From Thalia democratica (lineage: Eukaryota), in assembly GCA_965202585.1 (NCBI GenBank), contig OZ241833.1, forward strand, positions 26,412,001 to 26,476,000: 64,000 bases of DNA. Direction: 5' to 3'. Positions 1-13,076 of the stretch are shown piece after piece. The notes beneath the pieces were generated by a model. The model saw only the letters and a list, made by a program, of their open reading frames with translations, was not told the origin of the DNA and made no database searches. Each line of letters begins with the position of its first letter. Positions within the stretch are counted from its first letter, which is position 1. The position numbers were made by a program, and so were the translations under genes.

Positions 1-322
1 AATTACAATGAACGTATTACTCAAAATTATAATAAATAATTTTTACCTTCAAAGTAAACATTATAAAAAAAAAAGAGCATGATTACTGTAAATATGTTTA
101 AAACAAACTTCTAAGTATTTTATAAAGTAAATTTTCATAATTTTTTTAATAATTTAATGCACTATTTGAACTGAAACATACAAAAAGTATAAAACTACTT
201 TAAACTGATATAAAAATTAGTAGTTATATTATTTTTTTACTTATTTAGCAAAAATGCATGCAAACAATTAAGGTAGAAAAATAATTTTATCACATAAAAT
301 CAAAATACAATACATTGACAAT

Positions 323-2763
323 ATGAGGGGCAAGTCAGAAAGTACTCAACAAAATTCACTGTGTTGTAATGGGGTAAATAAACAACCTGTATACCATAAA
401 ATCTACAAGATATGTAGAGAAAATGCTTCAAATAAAATAAAATGTTCACCACAGTCAAGTGATTTTGTTGAAACAAGTAAGTTAAAAAAAATTTTAACAC
501 ACTGTAAGACATCACTGAACACTTTTCAAATTTTAAAGTTTTATAAAACTGATTTTTAAATATATTAATAATTTTTTTTTTACAAATAGCGATAATTTTA
601 TAATCAAAGTTATTCAAAGTTTAATTATATACTATTAGGATAGTTAAACTTTGCAAGCTTTGAGCTTTTCATAATTCTTTATTCAATTACTCATAAATAG
701 GTTCAATGTTAGTTATTTCCAACATTATATTCCTTTAAATTACAGTTAAACTCTTATTTAGCTTCTATAGTTTTTTAGTAAACAAAAAATATTAAGTCTT
801 TTATTTTAAACAAAAAAGTTATTTGTTTTTATTTAGACAGGGTGGCCACTGGTTTTTGGCAAACTTTCTTTATGTTTTCAAAATTTATTCAAGGATTTTT
901 TAAGTACTTGTTTTTGGGTCTATTTTTAATTAAAAATAAAGTTTTGAGTATAAAACTAATTTTATATTGTAAAGCTAATTTAAATCTGTTAAAAAAAATG
1001 ATGATGGCAAAATGAACTATTATCTATATAATAGATTTTTTGTGTCATCAAAAGTTTACTACTTGACATGTAAAAACTGTTTAAAATTCCAGGGTTTTAG
1101 TGCTTTTAGTTCAAAATTCTGATTTTCTTTCAAATTTAAGGTTTAGTAACCACCCTACATAAAGTATAAAAAAAATATATATTAAACTAAATCAGTAGAC
1201 CATTTTTTTAATACTTACTAAATATTTTACTGCTTTATCTCGTCATAATATATTTTAAAAACATCTAAAAAAAAAGTAAACAAAAGAATATAAGGTTTCA
1301 GCTAAAATACAATTTAATCCGTTAATTTTTTCAGAAAAACTAGAATCGGATGAAAATAAACTCCTTCATGCTTTAAAGAAAAATAAACTTTTGTTTAGAC
1401 ATCTTGAAAGAAAATTTCGTTATCAAATAAAAGCAAATTTATGTGTCAATAATGTCTCCGTTTGTCATTGCTTGGCGAACATTTTTAACTTACCAAATCT
1501 TTCAAAACTAACCATGAGATACATTGAACGCTTTTTTACAGTGGTGTTTGAGTCTCGTAGCTTTTGGAGTTGGATGTTTCACTCGTTAAGGAAATAATTG
1601 TAAACTCTGAGCTACAAATTACTTCAGAACTCGAAGTTATAAATTCAATTAACTCGTGGGTTAGCTACAACCCTCAAAAGAGAAGCAAGTTTTCTGAAAA
1701 CCTCCTATTGAAAGTACGTCTTAATTTGCTGTCGGATCACGCCTTGAAGCATGTTTTACAAGTGCCGTTTATCAAAGCAAGTAATGGGTGTACTAAAACT
1801 ATAAATGAAGCTTTGGACAGCAAAAGTATTTTTTGTCAGAAATACAACCTATATTCTACAAATAGGTACTGCAGTCAGGATCTGTTTGAAATCGCTTTCT
1901 TCGGAGCTAAGTGCGAAAAATCTACAGATATTTTCAAAAATTCTAGAGTTGGTGTTAAAAACATGAAATGCTATAAATCACTTCCTCATTTCAAAGGCGA
2001 TTTTATAAGAAAAGTTGACTGTGCAGTTTATATAAAGGGTGAAGTTTTCATATTCGCCCAGTATCGTGCCAAACGCGACTGGAACACGGTAGTCAAAAAG
2101 TACTCTGTCGCAGCGAACTCTTGGAAAACCGTGGCCTACCTGAAATACCGCCAAAACACCTGCGCATGCGCCTTGATCGACAAAATCATCATCGTTGGCG
2201 GGAAGAAAAACCTTGAAACGTTCAGCACCGTCACTGCGTTCGACACGAAGCACTACACGGGAGTCGAAGTAAAAAGCTTGCACGAGGAAAGGTGCAGGGC
2301 CGCCTGCGCCGTCTTTGAAGGCAAAGTGGTGGTCACTGGGGGTTGCAATGACTTTGAGGATTTTGGCAGCGGGTTTATTTACAACAGGAAACTGAGAAGC
2401 GTTGAAGCGTACGATCACGTGGCAGACGAGTGGAACCACATGCCTCAAATGGCGGGCGCGAACTGCAAACACGGCTTGGTGGCGATGAAGAGCAAGCTGT
2501 TAGTAGTGGGCAAACTGTACAACAGGTTCGAGGTGTTTGACAGCTTGTGCAGAAGGTTCGTGACGGTGAAAAGGCCGTATTCCTTTTTCAAGGTCGACGC
2601 GAGAGCCGGAGCCGTTTTGGTCTGAAGCGAAATTTATTGCGCGCGGAAGCATTCGAGCTCTATTGACAAGTATGATGTGGATAAGGAGGAATGGTGTGAA
2701 GAATATTGCAAAAGTTTGGAAGTGGGAAATTTCGCTTGTTTGGTTAAGATGCCTCGAGTATGA
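323..2763 (+). pseudogene. BACK-Kelch repeat protein gene, disrupted. Model: exon 323-476, exon 1335-2763, with a 1-nt frameshift near 1562-1565 and an in-frame TGA at 2623-2625
   Basis: ORF 1391-1597 carries a BACK-like helix (NLCVNNVSVCHCLANIFNLPNL...YIERFF). It continues in another frame as LELDVSLVKEIIVNSELQITSELEVINSINSWV, then Kelch repeats (KIIIVGG, KVVVTGG, SVEAYDHVADEW). After TGA 2623-2625 the same frame continues SEIYC..SIDKYDVDKEEW..FACLVKMPRV* to 2763. Donor a|gtaagt at 476/477 and acceptor tttttcag|1335 match in phase 1. Exon 1 is less certain than the rest. Confidence 0.75.
838..1157. mobile_element. MITE, CAGGGTTGCCA-TIR family, internal type A (degenerate copy)
   Basis: Begins cagggtggccac and ends gtaaccacccta. 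The interior is clearly similar to 7843-8183 and 33169-33534 (e.g. tttttgggtctatttttaatt, gatgatggcaaaa, gattttttgtgtc). Confidence 0.75.
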
Positions 2764-5199
2764 AGGGAAAATTAATATGTCAAAATTTGTATTTTTTATA
2801 CTTGAGTTGTTTCAACATGAGTTTTTAAGCCTTCGGTACGATTTAAGTTAATACTAATTTTGATTAAATTTTATTTTGTGTTATTACTACAGCTTTTTTA
2901 ATTAATAAACATTGATAAGAGTAGTATCTAAAATATATTTCATATCATGTTTAACAATAAACACGAATGAATGATGAAAAAAAATTCTTATATAAACTAA
3001 ATGTTTTAAAAAAACATTTAAAAAGAGTTATTTTTTGTACGTCATACTTTATTATTTTGGTAGTTTTTAAAAAATAGATAAAATTTTATACTTAGTATGG
3101 TTAAAAGAATGTAGCTTAAAAATTATCATAATCATTATAATTGCAACCATAAAATTGCAAACTTCTCAAATTTGGATTTCTTAATATTTTAATGAAAATA
3201 TACAACAAAGGTGTAAAGCAAGGTTTCCTACACACATTTTCACAAACCCTTATTATTTAAATACCCATTCATTTTTCACCCCTAACTTGTTATTACCACC
3301 AGGTATCGCCCCTTTCCAAGAACCCTGGTATGAATTTACCTCCGGGTAAAATATTGAAAAGCGAGCTAAAAATTATTCTACTGCCCAAAATTGCCCCTTG
3401 GATAGTTGTTTTTCCCCGTTGGTTTTGTTAAAACTGCCCAAAATAGGGGCGATAACACCCCCTTTGGGAAACCATTATAAAAAGTCATCACTTTATATAG
3501 ATATTGAGTAAAACCTATGATTTCATCAAATGACAACAAAAAATAACCATAAACTTTGAAACTCAAAACTAGAAGATAAATAAAAGTGTAATAACAAACT
3601 ATAAGATACTTATTACTAAAACATTTATTTGATTCAATTTATAAAAAAAAGTTTCAGAAATTTTATAGCTACTTAAAAATGAATATTATTTTGAAATTTA
3701 CTATGCATTTAATGTACTATTTACAATAGTTTGCTAAAATATTGTTTGAAAAATCCTTCACTTAAAAACTAAATATGTTAGATAATATCGTAAAATAAAC
3801 TATTCCAATTTAAATAACTAGAGTTCAAGAATTAAATTGTAGAAATCGTTTGAAAATTTTCAAAATATTTGTGTTTGTTCAGTTGAAATAAAGATTAAGC
3901 CAATGGTGTGGTGAGGACATTTTTTACTAAAATTAACACTGATCTAAATGAAAATTTAAACTAAAGACAGTGAGTTTTTCGAAAGTATAAAAAATTATTA
4001 ATTTTTTTATATATTTTCATATTTGTAAAAGGTTTTCGATACAATTGTATGGATCACTGTTTTTTTATTGTCAATTTTTCGAAAAAAAAAAAATCAAATG
4101 TAAATCTATCTTATTTTTTTTTTGCTCAAGTTTTCCGCAAACAGTCATTAAATAATTTTTGGCCATAACAAACCTATTGAACTCACCGACTTTGTCACAA
4201 ACCCTATTTTGAGTGGTAGAAGTGTCTGAGAACTAAGATAAAACTGAAAAAAACAAAAATAAAAGAAAAAGTTGGAACCCCCATATGGCCTTAACATCAT
4301 ATTTTTTTTACCAAAGGATGTTTCATTACTTTATATAAACAAAATACCCACGAAAATAGCTTTAAACTGGCATTTTTAGCTGTAATTCTTATATAGTCAA
4401 ATATTACTAATTTATACGTCAACTTAGTGGTAAACAAAGTGAAAATGAAAATGAAGAAAAAATAGTATTAACCCTCTTTTCTTAGTTTTCATTCATAAAA
4501 AAAGTATTTATTACTAATTTGACTTTTCTAAAGTCCCTATAAGACTGTCTCATAATTAAAATGAAGAATTTTTTTGTAAGAATTATAAAAATTGTGGACT
4601 CTAATCAATCATTTGTAAAAAAACACTAAAACACTATTAAAACTTTATAATGACATTAGTATAAGCTTTCTATAGACTTGCATGGTCTTAACCATCTAAA
4701 AGACTATATAAATAACAAAATGTCGTTCTTGTCTTAGTTAAAAATCGACTAATTTTTTTACTGAAAGTTCAGAAATAACTTTCAAGATTTTTTTTTAAAT
4801 TTTATTAATAAAAACTGTTTAATATTTTTTATAACTTTTAAGTATTATATTTGATTTAATAATCATTCAAGAAACATAAAAAAATAACATTTATAAAAAG
4901 ATATTTTATCATAAACCAACTTCGTAGGTATTTTTTGTTAGTAAACAAATTCAACCAAACTCATAATTTATTTTATTATTTGATACCTCAGTGAGATTTT
5001 ATAACGTAATACAATATTATTTTAATTAAAATAAAAAAACTTATATAAAAATGTTTTTAAAAGTGTTAAAATGATCTAAAATTATCCAGACCTATTAAAC
5101 TTATAAATAAAAAACTTTGTCTACTGGACAAAATGAAAACGAAACAATTGTTTGGTTAAAAACATGTTTTAACTTAAATTTTCTAGCAATAAAAAAATA

Positions 5200-5325
5200 C
5201 TAAGCACTAGCTTTCTTTTTATCAGGATTTTCTACAAACTTTAAGATCCTTGAAGGAAATGCTTCTAAACTGTTCTTTTCTTTTGTTAAGTAAAGCTGTT
5301 CTGAAATTTTCAGGCCGTCAAGAAC
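5200..5325 (-). CDS. mrpl30: mrpl30 exon 5 (terminal, VLDGLKISEQ...DKKKASA*)
   Basis: Acceptor ctttcacag at 5326, phase 0, TAG at 5202-5200. Confidence 0.75.
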   Translation of the reverse strand, partial: VLDGLKISEQLYLTKEKNSLEAFPSRILKFVENPDKKKASA

Positions 5326-8300
5326 CTGTGAAAGCAAAGGTAATTTAGTAACACAAAACTGAATCCACAAAAATTTCCAAAATCAATAATGATGTTTTTT
5401 ATTCTAAATAAAATTAAACTACAAAAGCATAAACTAAAAAAAAACCTCAAATGCCACACAAGCAAACAAAAATTGTTTGTTACTTATTGCTTTACTAGGC
5501 AGTAAAAGCAGAAACTTTTCCAACTCAATAAAATTAAACGAACTTTGTAGTCTTCCGGCTCGGGAACTGGTATCTTGTTGTCGCCTTCATTCTCCAACTT
5601 CTTCATGATCCTGAAAGTTCCGTCCTGGGCCAGCTTGGTGAACCCGACGTCCTCCTCCGTCGGAAAGCCGTCCGGAAACGTGATTGGCTTGATCCTGTGA
5701 ACAGCGTAATTTGACTGGCTGGATTTTTTAAACTGTATGAAAGGCACTTGAACTTTTTTCCAGAGATTTTACGAGTTTTTTTTTTTAATATTTAGTTGAA
5801 ATATATAATTCTGGATTGCCACTCTTTGGGTCAAAAAATGTCTTAGTAACCTAAAACTGTCCTGAGTCATCCGGAGTTCTATCAAACTATTTATGTAAAG
5901 TCGTTAACTTTTTAAAATTAAAAAAAAAATGAGTTTTTTAACAAAGAAATGGTTATAAAAAAACAAAATATTGAAACTAAATCAACTATTTCTCATTTAA
6001 AATCATATATAATCTAAAAAAAAAACTAACCTGAGATTTTCACAAATCCTAAAACTATCTGAAGTTTTTTATAAAAAAGCTAAACTGGCCTGAGTCATCC
6101 TGATATTTTCAAAAATACTTTCCTAAGTTATCATTAGTGTTTGGCAACCCTGATATTCAAGTTATCTATCCAGTTCATATTTATAAAAAAACGTTTAAAT
6201 TTTTTTTTCAAATTATGTCTAACTTTTCATTCAAAAAATATCTGAAAATAATTTAAGATTGATCCAAAAAATAAAATGCAACTGTATTTAATGTAAATCC
6301 AATACGGTCACACATTAAAAGGTACATGTTAAAATGAACTTCAATATAATTACAATAAAAACTATCAAACGAACCTGATGAGAGATTTTAATTGCCACAG
6401 CACTTCGTTCATACCTGGTGAGTTTATCTGGATGCTCATGTCGGTTGGCTGTGAGTAAAAATTAATCAATTTGCTAAGAAGTTTTTATGAATAGCTAATA
6501 AAATAAACATAAAACTTCTACAATTCTAAAAACCATATTTTGGATCATTTTGCTTGGAAAAATATGTACTTTTTTTATATTAGTTATAAATTAAATTTAA
6601 AGTAAATACTATTTTTATTCATGTTCTAACAATTAGCTGGTTAGTTGCTCATAAACATTACCAAACTATAAAGTATATTATTTCTGTGTATTTGTTCATA
6701 CAAATTTTGGATTTTTTTAGTAGTACAAAAAATTTCAGTTGTTCACAATTTTTTCCTTTAAAAGTATGCAAAACTAAAACAGTTTTTGTAAGAATATTAA
6801 ACGCTTTAAGATTTTTTAGAATTAAAAAACATTTAAATTTCTTTGATTGGTAATAAAAAAATGCAATTATGCTTAAAGTTTCATAATCAAAGGTACAAAA
6901 TTTGTTATACGAAGTATAACTTTAGGCTTAAGTTTAATTTTACCAGAACTTATATATAAAATCTAGTTCCAATTTACAACATAAACAAATAAAAAAATTA
7001 ATCATAAAATTTTCTCAAATTGATAATACAATCATATCAGAAGAAGAAACTTTTTTTTTAATTTTATACAAAATTTTAAATCTTTAAACATAATAATTTA
7101 AAGCAAAAACAGAGCCTTGTGATGCAACAACTAATAATAATAAAAAAAAACATTAATTAACAATATATTGTCAAATGCAGTAGTTTTGTAAAAATTGGTA
7201 AAACTTTTTCATCTGGTTTGGTATGGTCATTAGCAAAAAATACAACTTAAAAATCTAGAAACGTTTTATACAAGTTTTTCATAATTTATTAAAGACTTGG
7301 TTAAGAAAGTTCAAAAACTACTGCTCAAAACTGTAGAGGAGATATATTTAAACATATTTATTTAGCATATACAAGAACTTTGTAAACGTAAAAATAAGTT
7401 TGAAAGCAGTCTTAATGCATAATATAATAAAAATCGACTTATCAATAACTTTTTACTGAAAGAAAACAAAAATAAAACTCAGATCAATAGTTATATGTTA
7501 TAAATAAGCATTTAAACTACATACATAACATTTTATTAGAGTTTAATTTTAATAAAAGATTTAAGAAAAAAAGTTTTTCTGTTTATCGTTTGAATTTTGT
7601 TGTTATAAAACTTTGTATAATGGTTCCCAGTGAAAGAAATTTGTGTTATAAAAAAAAATCTTGTGTTACTGTCAAATTACAAGTTAGAAAAAAGGCTGAA
7701 ACATGTTTTAATACACTGCATACAAATTTCTAACCATTGCTTTATAAATACATCTTATCCTTGCTAACAAAAACTAACTTGGAATTAAAAAAAGCACAAA
7801 ATTTAAGTGAATAAATGTAAAGTACAAGTAAAACTATAAATACAGGGTAACCACTTGTTAGTATGAATCTTTTCCAGGTTTTTGAAAGTACATGTTTTTG
7901 GGTCTATTTTTAGTTTTAAACTAAGTTTAAAATAAAAAACTTTGTTAAACAAAAAAGAAACATTGAAAGATATTCTAAACCTACTTTAAATGTGTTTTTT
8001 AATAATTAAAATTTTTTGATGATCACAAAAACTTTTTATCTATATAACTGATTTTTTGTGTCAACTCCCAAATCTTACTAGTTAACAAATATTTTTATTT
8101 TAAATTTCAGGTTTTCCGTGTTTTTTTAGCCAAGTTGTCAAACTCTAGGTTTTTTCAGGACTCCAGGTTTTGTGGCAACCCTGAAACTAAAAATTAGAAA
8201 TAGAGTACTTTACTTTAATTTATCTCCTCTTTTATTTATAAATCAATATTTTTTAAACTTTACAGTAAGTCTATAACTAATATTTAAGTCATTTGTATGT

Positions 8301-11300
8301 AACATACTTTCTTATTTTGAAAAAAAAGTGGAATTTTTATTTTGTATTTTTTAATTTTACTTATTTTTTTTATTCTATCATTTAAATTATCTTATACCAT
8401 TAGGGAAATTTTTCCTGAAAACTTCAGGACAGTTATTTTACCCAAAATAAAAAAGAATTTTTTAATTGATTTTTTTAATTTCCAAATTTACATATCTATC
8501 AATTTTATCCTGCGTTTTCTTATTCTTTTAAATAAAATTTACTTATATCAGATTTTTTAGAGCTTCCAATGGTGTGGGAGCTATTTATCACTGCTGTTTA
8601 AAACAACAGTAAGTTTTTGAGAACTTTAGAACATAATAACTAAACTCTATAAATATTTTTACCAAAACAAAAAGTTTAAAAACAGCTGGTAATAAGAATT
8701 TTTAAATATCATCAACTCATAACATAGTTTTAAGCCCTAATAGTTAGAAATAATAATTTTCACTATTACTTTAAAAATAAAGTAAAGTTATAAACTGAAA
8801 GTTGAACAAAAATAATTTTTTTAGAAACCAGTTTTTTTTTTTTCACAGAAATACACTGAATAAACAGTTCAACTATATTTGTACAACACAACTAAATACA
8901 TCAAACGTCAAACACTCACTTTGTACAGCCCCAATTCCTTCATGGCGTCTTTGATCCAGTAAGGGTGTCCCTTCATGCTTTTTATCTGGGTGATCATCCA
9001 CATTCTCGGTGGTGCTTCAAGCGGGTAGGCTGGGTACATTTCTTTTGGGTTGTTGAATCTGGTTTTTAAGCTTTTTTCACTATTTATTACGAAAACAAGT
9101 AAATAGAGGTTTTAATGGGTCGGACTGGTACTTAAAAGCTTGTTTTAAATTATTGATGTAAAAAATATGTAAAAAACTAAAGTGAAAAAATCAATTAAAG
9201 AGATAACTAAAAGTCTGATTTAAAATTTAATGTTATAAAGTAGTAAGTTTCTTGTATGTTATTTAAAATTTACACAGAACAAAAAATTGTAAAAGACACT
9301 GATTTTATTTTAAATAATTTTTTTTTTTAAATAATGATCTATGACATCAATTTGGTTAGGAGAATTATTAAAATAAAATATACTTTAAAAGTATATTTGA
9401 AAGTGAAAATATAACTAAATATAGTAAACAAAAATCTATGTTTTCAAATAAAGCATTTAAACTTTATTAATATAATCTAAAGCATGTAGTATACAATTAT
9501 AAAAGGCTGATTTCATTGATGATATAATCAAAAATGGTTATGCATTAAAAAATCAAAAATGTTTTTTTTTTATCTTAGCCTTAGTATTTATAATGTTATC
9601 AGCATCTATGCCATTGATGACTTAATAGTTTCCAATAAAACGATGTTTTCAAGTTTTACTTAACAACAATTTTGTTAGTTAATTTATTTACCACACTTAA
9701 AACAGGCTGATTGAAAATCTAGTAATTATTAAATTTATATACTTCAGTGACTAAATTACTTAATTTGTTTTTATTGCATATGTTTATTGTTTTTAATGCA
9801 CAGTTTTATTTATAGATAAACTTCTACAAATATTTTATTATTTAGAGAAAAATAATAGAACATCCTTTTTTTTTTAAATCAGCAGGCAAAAAAGATTAAT
9901 AAACAGTATTCAAACCTCTAAGATAGGGACGGGCAACGTACAGCCCGCGGGCCGGATCCGGCCCCCGGAGTCAAAATGACCGGCCCCCAAACCTTTTTTT
10001 AATTTAAATGGAATCCGGCCCGCGGACAAAATTTATCCGGCCCGCGAGTGGATGATCCGGCCTGCTAGACATTTTCAAATTTTATATGAAATCCTACAAG
10101 CCAATGTAAATATTATAAAATTTGTACAAAACCTTTCTTTAATTAATTTCACAAAATAAACTGTAAGACTTTAACCTTAAAACGTTTTTAAAAATTGCTT
10201 TTAATTTTTGTAGAAATAAAAACACTCTTTTGTTATAGTACCTTGTTCTGTTTTAAGTCAGTTGAATTAATTCTTTCTCAAATTGTCCAAAAAAAATTTT
10301 TGCTGCACTAACTTTGATGATCTTACCTATCATAATGATTTTCATAAAAAATGACATGTAAAAAATTGATGTCTTTCCCAGATGTGTAGTGAGTTGTTAT
10401 TATAAATGTTAAGAAAAGTAGTTTTTAATAACATTGGCACCTACTTTAAGTACAACTGCTCAACTTTACATTTTAGTAGAATATTCCAAGTTGAGACTAC
10501 AGTTTGCACTCTTTTCTGCTATTGATATTTAAATTAAAGAATTTTTGATTAATTAAATGATTAAGTTTAATGATACCCAACTGATGACAATATTTCAAAA
10601 CAATATCTCATTAACTTCAAGTATGATTTGTTTAGGAAATTTATTTGTGCATGCTGTAATACAATTTCCAATCTAACAACATTTTGAATGAATCTTTATA
10701 AGTTTTTTAAATTAAAAGATAGTAGTTTAATATTGTAATGTTAGTCAACTTTTGAATAATATTTTTAATGTAGCCTCGAGCCAAGGATTACCAAAATTAG
10801 ATAATTTCGAATAGTTAAAAGTTTTTAATGTTTTAGTTTGAAATCTTAGGCTCAAGTAAGTTATAATAAGTAAATTATTGTTTTTATAAAACTAACTAGT
10901 ATTAATTCGGTCCATAGTTGTAATAAATAGAGAATTATGAGTACTTAATAAAAATTAACTTAAAATTGCTCACTTGAGAACCTTGGTAATTGATAAATTG
11001 ATTCAAACTCTTAAAACATCAGATCAATTAGCATCCAGCCCGATACAAGTCTTTTGAAATTAGTTTTATTCGGATACAAAACCTTGTCTAAAATTAGTAT
11101 TTAGCCAGATCCGGACAACATTTTTGAATAAAGATCTGGATCTAAAAAACAATCCAACTGAATTTGGTATATCACTTACTTAAAATGCTGCGGCCCGCTG
11201 AGGAATAATTTTTTTTGGATCCGGCCCTTCAATTATTTACGTTGCCCACCCCTACTCTAAGACAATAGAAATAAGATAACATACCACAAAATGACATCAA

Positions 11301-11828
11301 GCAATAAATTATAATAAAAATGTATACCTAGGTAGGCCCTAACTTTGACTCCTTTTATGTATACAAAAATTGTTTTTAATTTTAAAAACTAGCCAAAAGC
11401 TAGTAGAAGCTTATTTTAACAACTTAAAAATCAATATCAAATTGCTAACGAATTGCCCAAAACTATATAAGGCCTAAAAATAAGAAATTAATCTTGTTGT
11501 ATCAAAAACCTTAACTTTTGTGAACTTGCTTTTTATTCTAAAAATTTACATAAAACAATATATTAACTATATTAAATACATATATAAAGAAAATTAAAAA
11601 AAAAACAATTCAAACTAACCCAAGTTGCTTGGCAGTTTCTAGCATTGTAGGAGCCTTTAGTGGGGTTCTTGGTGCTCTCCTATGATAATCTGTAACTTTT
11701 ACTTGTTGTCTCATCTCTTTTTTATTTTGATTCCAATAACTGTTTCCAAGATCTGAGGTGGAATTTTGCAGCTTGACTGTAGAAGTTGCCATTCTTCTAC
11801 AGCTATTGTGGGTATAAAGTTTCAACAT
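5200..11828 (-). CDS. mrpl30: Mitochondrial ribosomal protein L30 (uL30m), 232 aa. complement(join(5200..5325,5544..5694,6375..6448,8920..9058,11620..11828))
   Basis: Five exons join in phase (209+139+74+151+126 = 699 nt) with GT-AG introns. The protein has WMITQIKSMKGHPYWIKDAMKELGL...QINSPGMNEVLWQLKSLIRIKPITFPDGFPTEED...GTF, which aligns by eye with MRPL30 ([22 protein letters not shown]...[29 protein letters not shown]). The N-terminus MLKLYTHNSCRRMATST resembles a mitochondrial presequence. Confidence 0.9.
5544..5694 (-). CDS. mrpl30: mrpl30 exon 4 (R|IKPITFPDGFP...PEDYK)
   Basis: Acceptor gttcacag at 5695, donor gttcgt at 5543; part of ORF 5484-5747. Confidence 0.9.
5811..6152. mobile_element. 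MITE, CAGGGTTGCCA-TIR family, internal type B (in mrpl30 intron)
   Basis: ctggattgccactc...tggcaaccctg termini; repeated tcctgagtcatcc motifs shared with 12418-12743. Confidence 0.75.
6375..6448 (-). CDS. mrpl30: mrpl30 exon 3 (PTDMSIQINSPGMNEVLWQLKSLI)
   Basis: Acceptor tactcacag at 6449, donor gttcgt at 6374; phases 0 and 2 fit the neighbouring exons. Confidence 0.85.
7843..8183. mobile_element. MITE, CAGGGTTGCCA-TIR family, internal type A (in mrpl30 intron)
   Basis: cagggtaaccac...gtggcaaccctg; interior homologous to 838-1157 and 33169-33534. Confidence 0.8.
8920..9058 (-). CDS. mrpl30: mrpl30 exon 2 (FNNPKEMYP...KELGLYK)
   Basis: GC-rich island, acceptor aaaaccag at 9059, donor gtgagt at 8919; holds the L30 core motif. 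Confidence 0.9.
9924..11254. mobile_element. Non-autonomous hAT (Buster/Charlie-type) DNA transposon, 1331 bp, in mrpl30 intron 1
   Basis: TIRs tagggacgggcaacgta / tacgttgcccaccccta; perfect 8-bp TSD ctctaaga at 9916-9923 and 11255-11262 with central TA; subterminal ggcccgc/ccggcc motifs; no intact ORF. Confidence 0.9.
11620..11828 (-). CDS. mrpl30: mrpl30 exon 1 (ATG at 11828)
   Basis: ORF 11610-11828; donor gttagt at 11619 in phase 2 joins exon 2 as LG|FNN. Confidence 0.75.
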
Positions 11829-12417
11829 ATTTTAAGTTATTTACTAAAACCTATAGGTTTTTTAATCAGTTTTGAAACTTTTAAACTAATAATTTTAAAC
11901 TTAATAAAAACACTTTTTTTTAACTGTTATGTATACTGCTTGATAAATGACTACTCAAAACGTTTACTTATTGAAGGAGCAAACTAAAAGCATGAAAAAA
12001 AAAACTTTTCCACTAAAAATATTTATTTTTCTTTATTTGTAAACCAATCTTTTTTCAAATTTTATAGTAAGCCTATTTCTGATATTTAATCTTTTCTATG
12101 CAGAAACTTTTAAAAATAAACATTTTATATAATACTTTTTTTATCTTAACTTTTTATTTTTCAATGTTTTTAAAACTTCAAAACTTAAAGTTTTTTAAAT
12201 TATACAAATAATTTTTTTTCTTGAAAGTTTAAGGTTTCTAGCTTAAAAATAAGAAAGAAAACATATTTTTAGTGATTTTTTAAAAATCAGAAAAAATTGA
12301 CAATGTAAAATTTACAGTCTATACATTTTATCATAAACTTTTAACAAAACATACAATATTTAAAATTTTAATTAAAATTTCTAAGTGGCCTTAAGTTATT
12401 GTTTACCACAATAAACA

Positions 12418-12743
12418 CAGGGTTGCCACTCTTTAAGTCAAAAAAAAAATTCTGAGCGACCTTAATCATCCTAATTTTTTTCAAATCTTTAATTTTTTTA
12501 TTTTATTATCAAGTTCTTCAACAAAACTGGTGATACTATAATATATTTGAACTAAATCAATTAAATCTTGTTTAAAAACAAGAAAATATCTATACCAGCG
12601 TTATTTTTTAAAACTTAAAACTATCCTGAGTCAGCCTAAGTTAAAAAAAAAAGCATCAAAATATCCTGAGCTGTCTTGATCCATCAAAGGATTTTAAAAC
12701 ATTTCAAAATATTTTGAGTTATCCTGAGTGTATGTCAACCCTG
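12418..12743. mobile_element. MITE, CAGGGTTGCCA-TIR family, internal type B, 6-bp TSD
   Basis: cagggttgccactc...tgtcaaccctg flanked by taaaca at 12412-12417 and 12744-12749. Confidence 0.85.
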
Positions 12744-13076
12744 TAAACATAACTAAAGTTGTTTTTGTTATAGAAAAATAAGTACCAGTTTACTACAGAG
12801 TAAAAATTATTTTTAAGAAGGTGCAAATACTTTCATTCTTTTTTGCTTATATATGTGTCAACAAGAGCTTGTGAATTTTAAACTTAGATTGTTACAATTT
12901 CCAAGAATTTATTAGAACTCACAAACCACTGGAAAGGTGTCAGAAATCTACATAGTGTCACTTTTGCTTAAAGTAAAACTTTTTCACAAACCAAGTATAG
13001 TTATTTTAAGATTATTTTATTGTTTTGCCCACAAACAGTTGCTTAAGTGTTCATGTACTTTCACCTGCTTGATTAA

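Noticed and set aside
1978-2472. 164-aa minus-strand ORF
   Set aside because: Antisense shadow of the GC-rich Kelch coding region.
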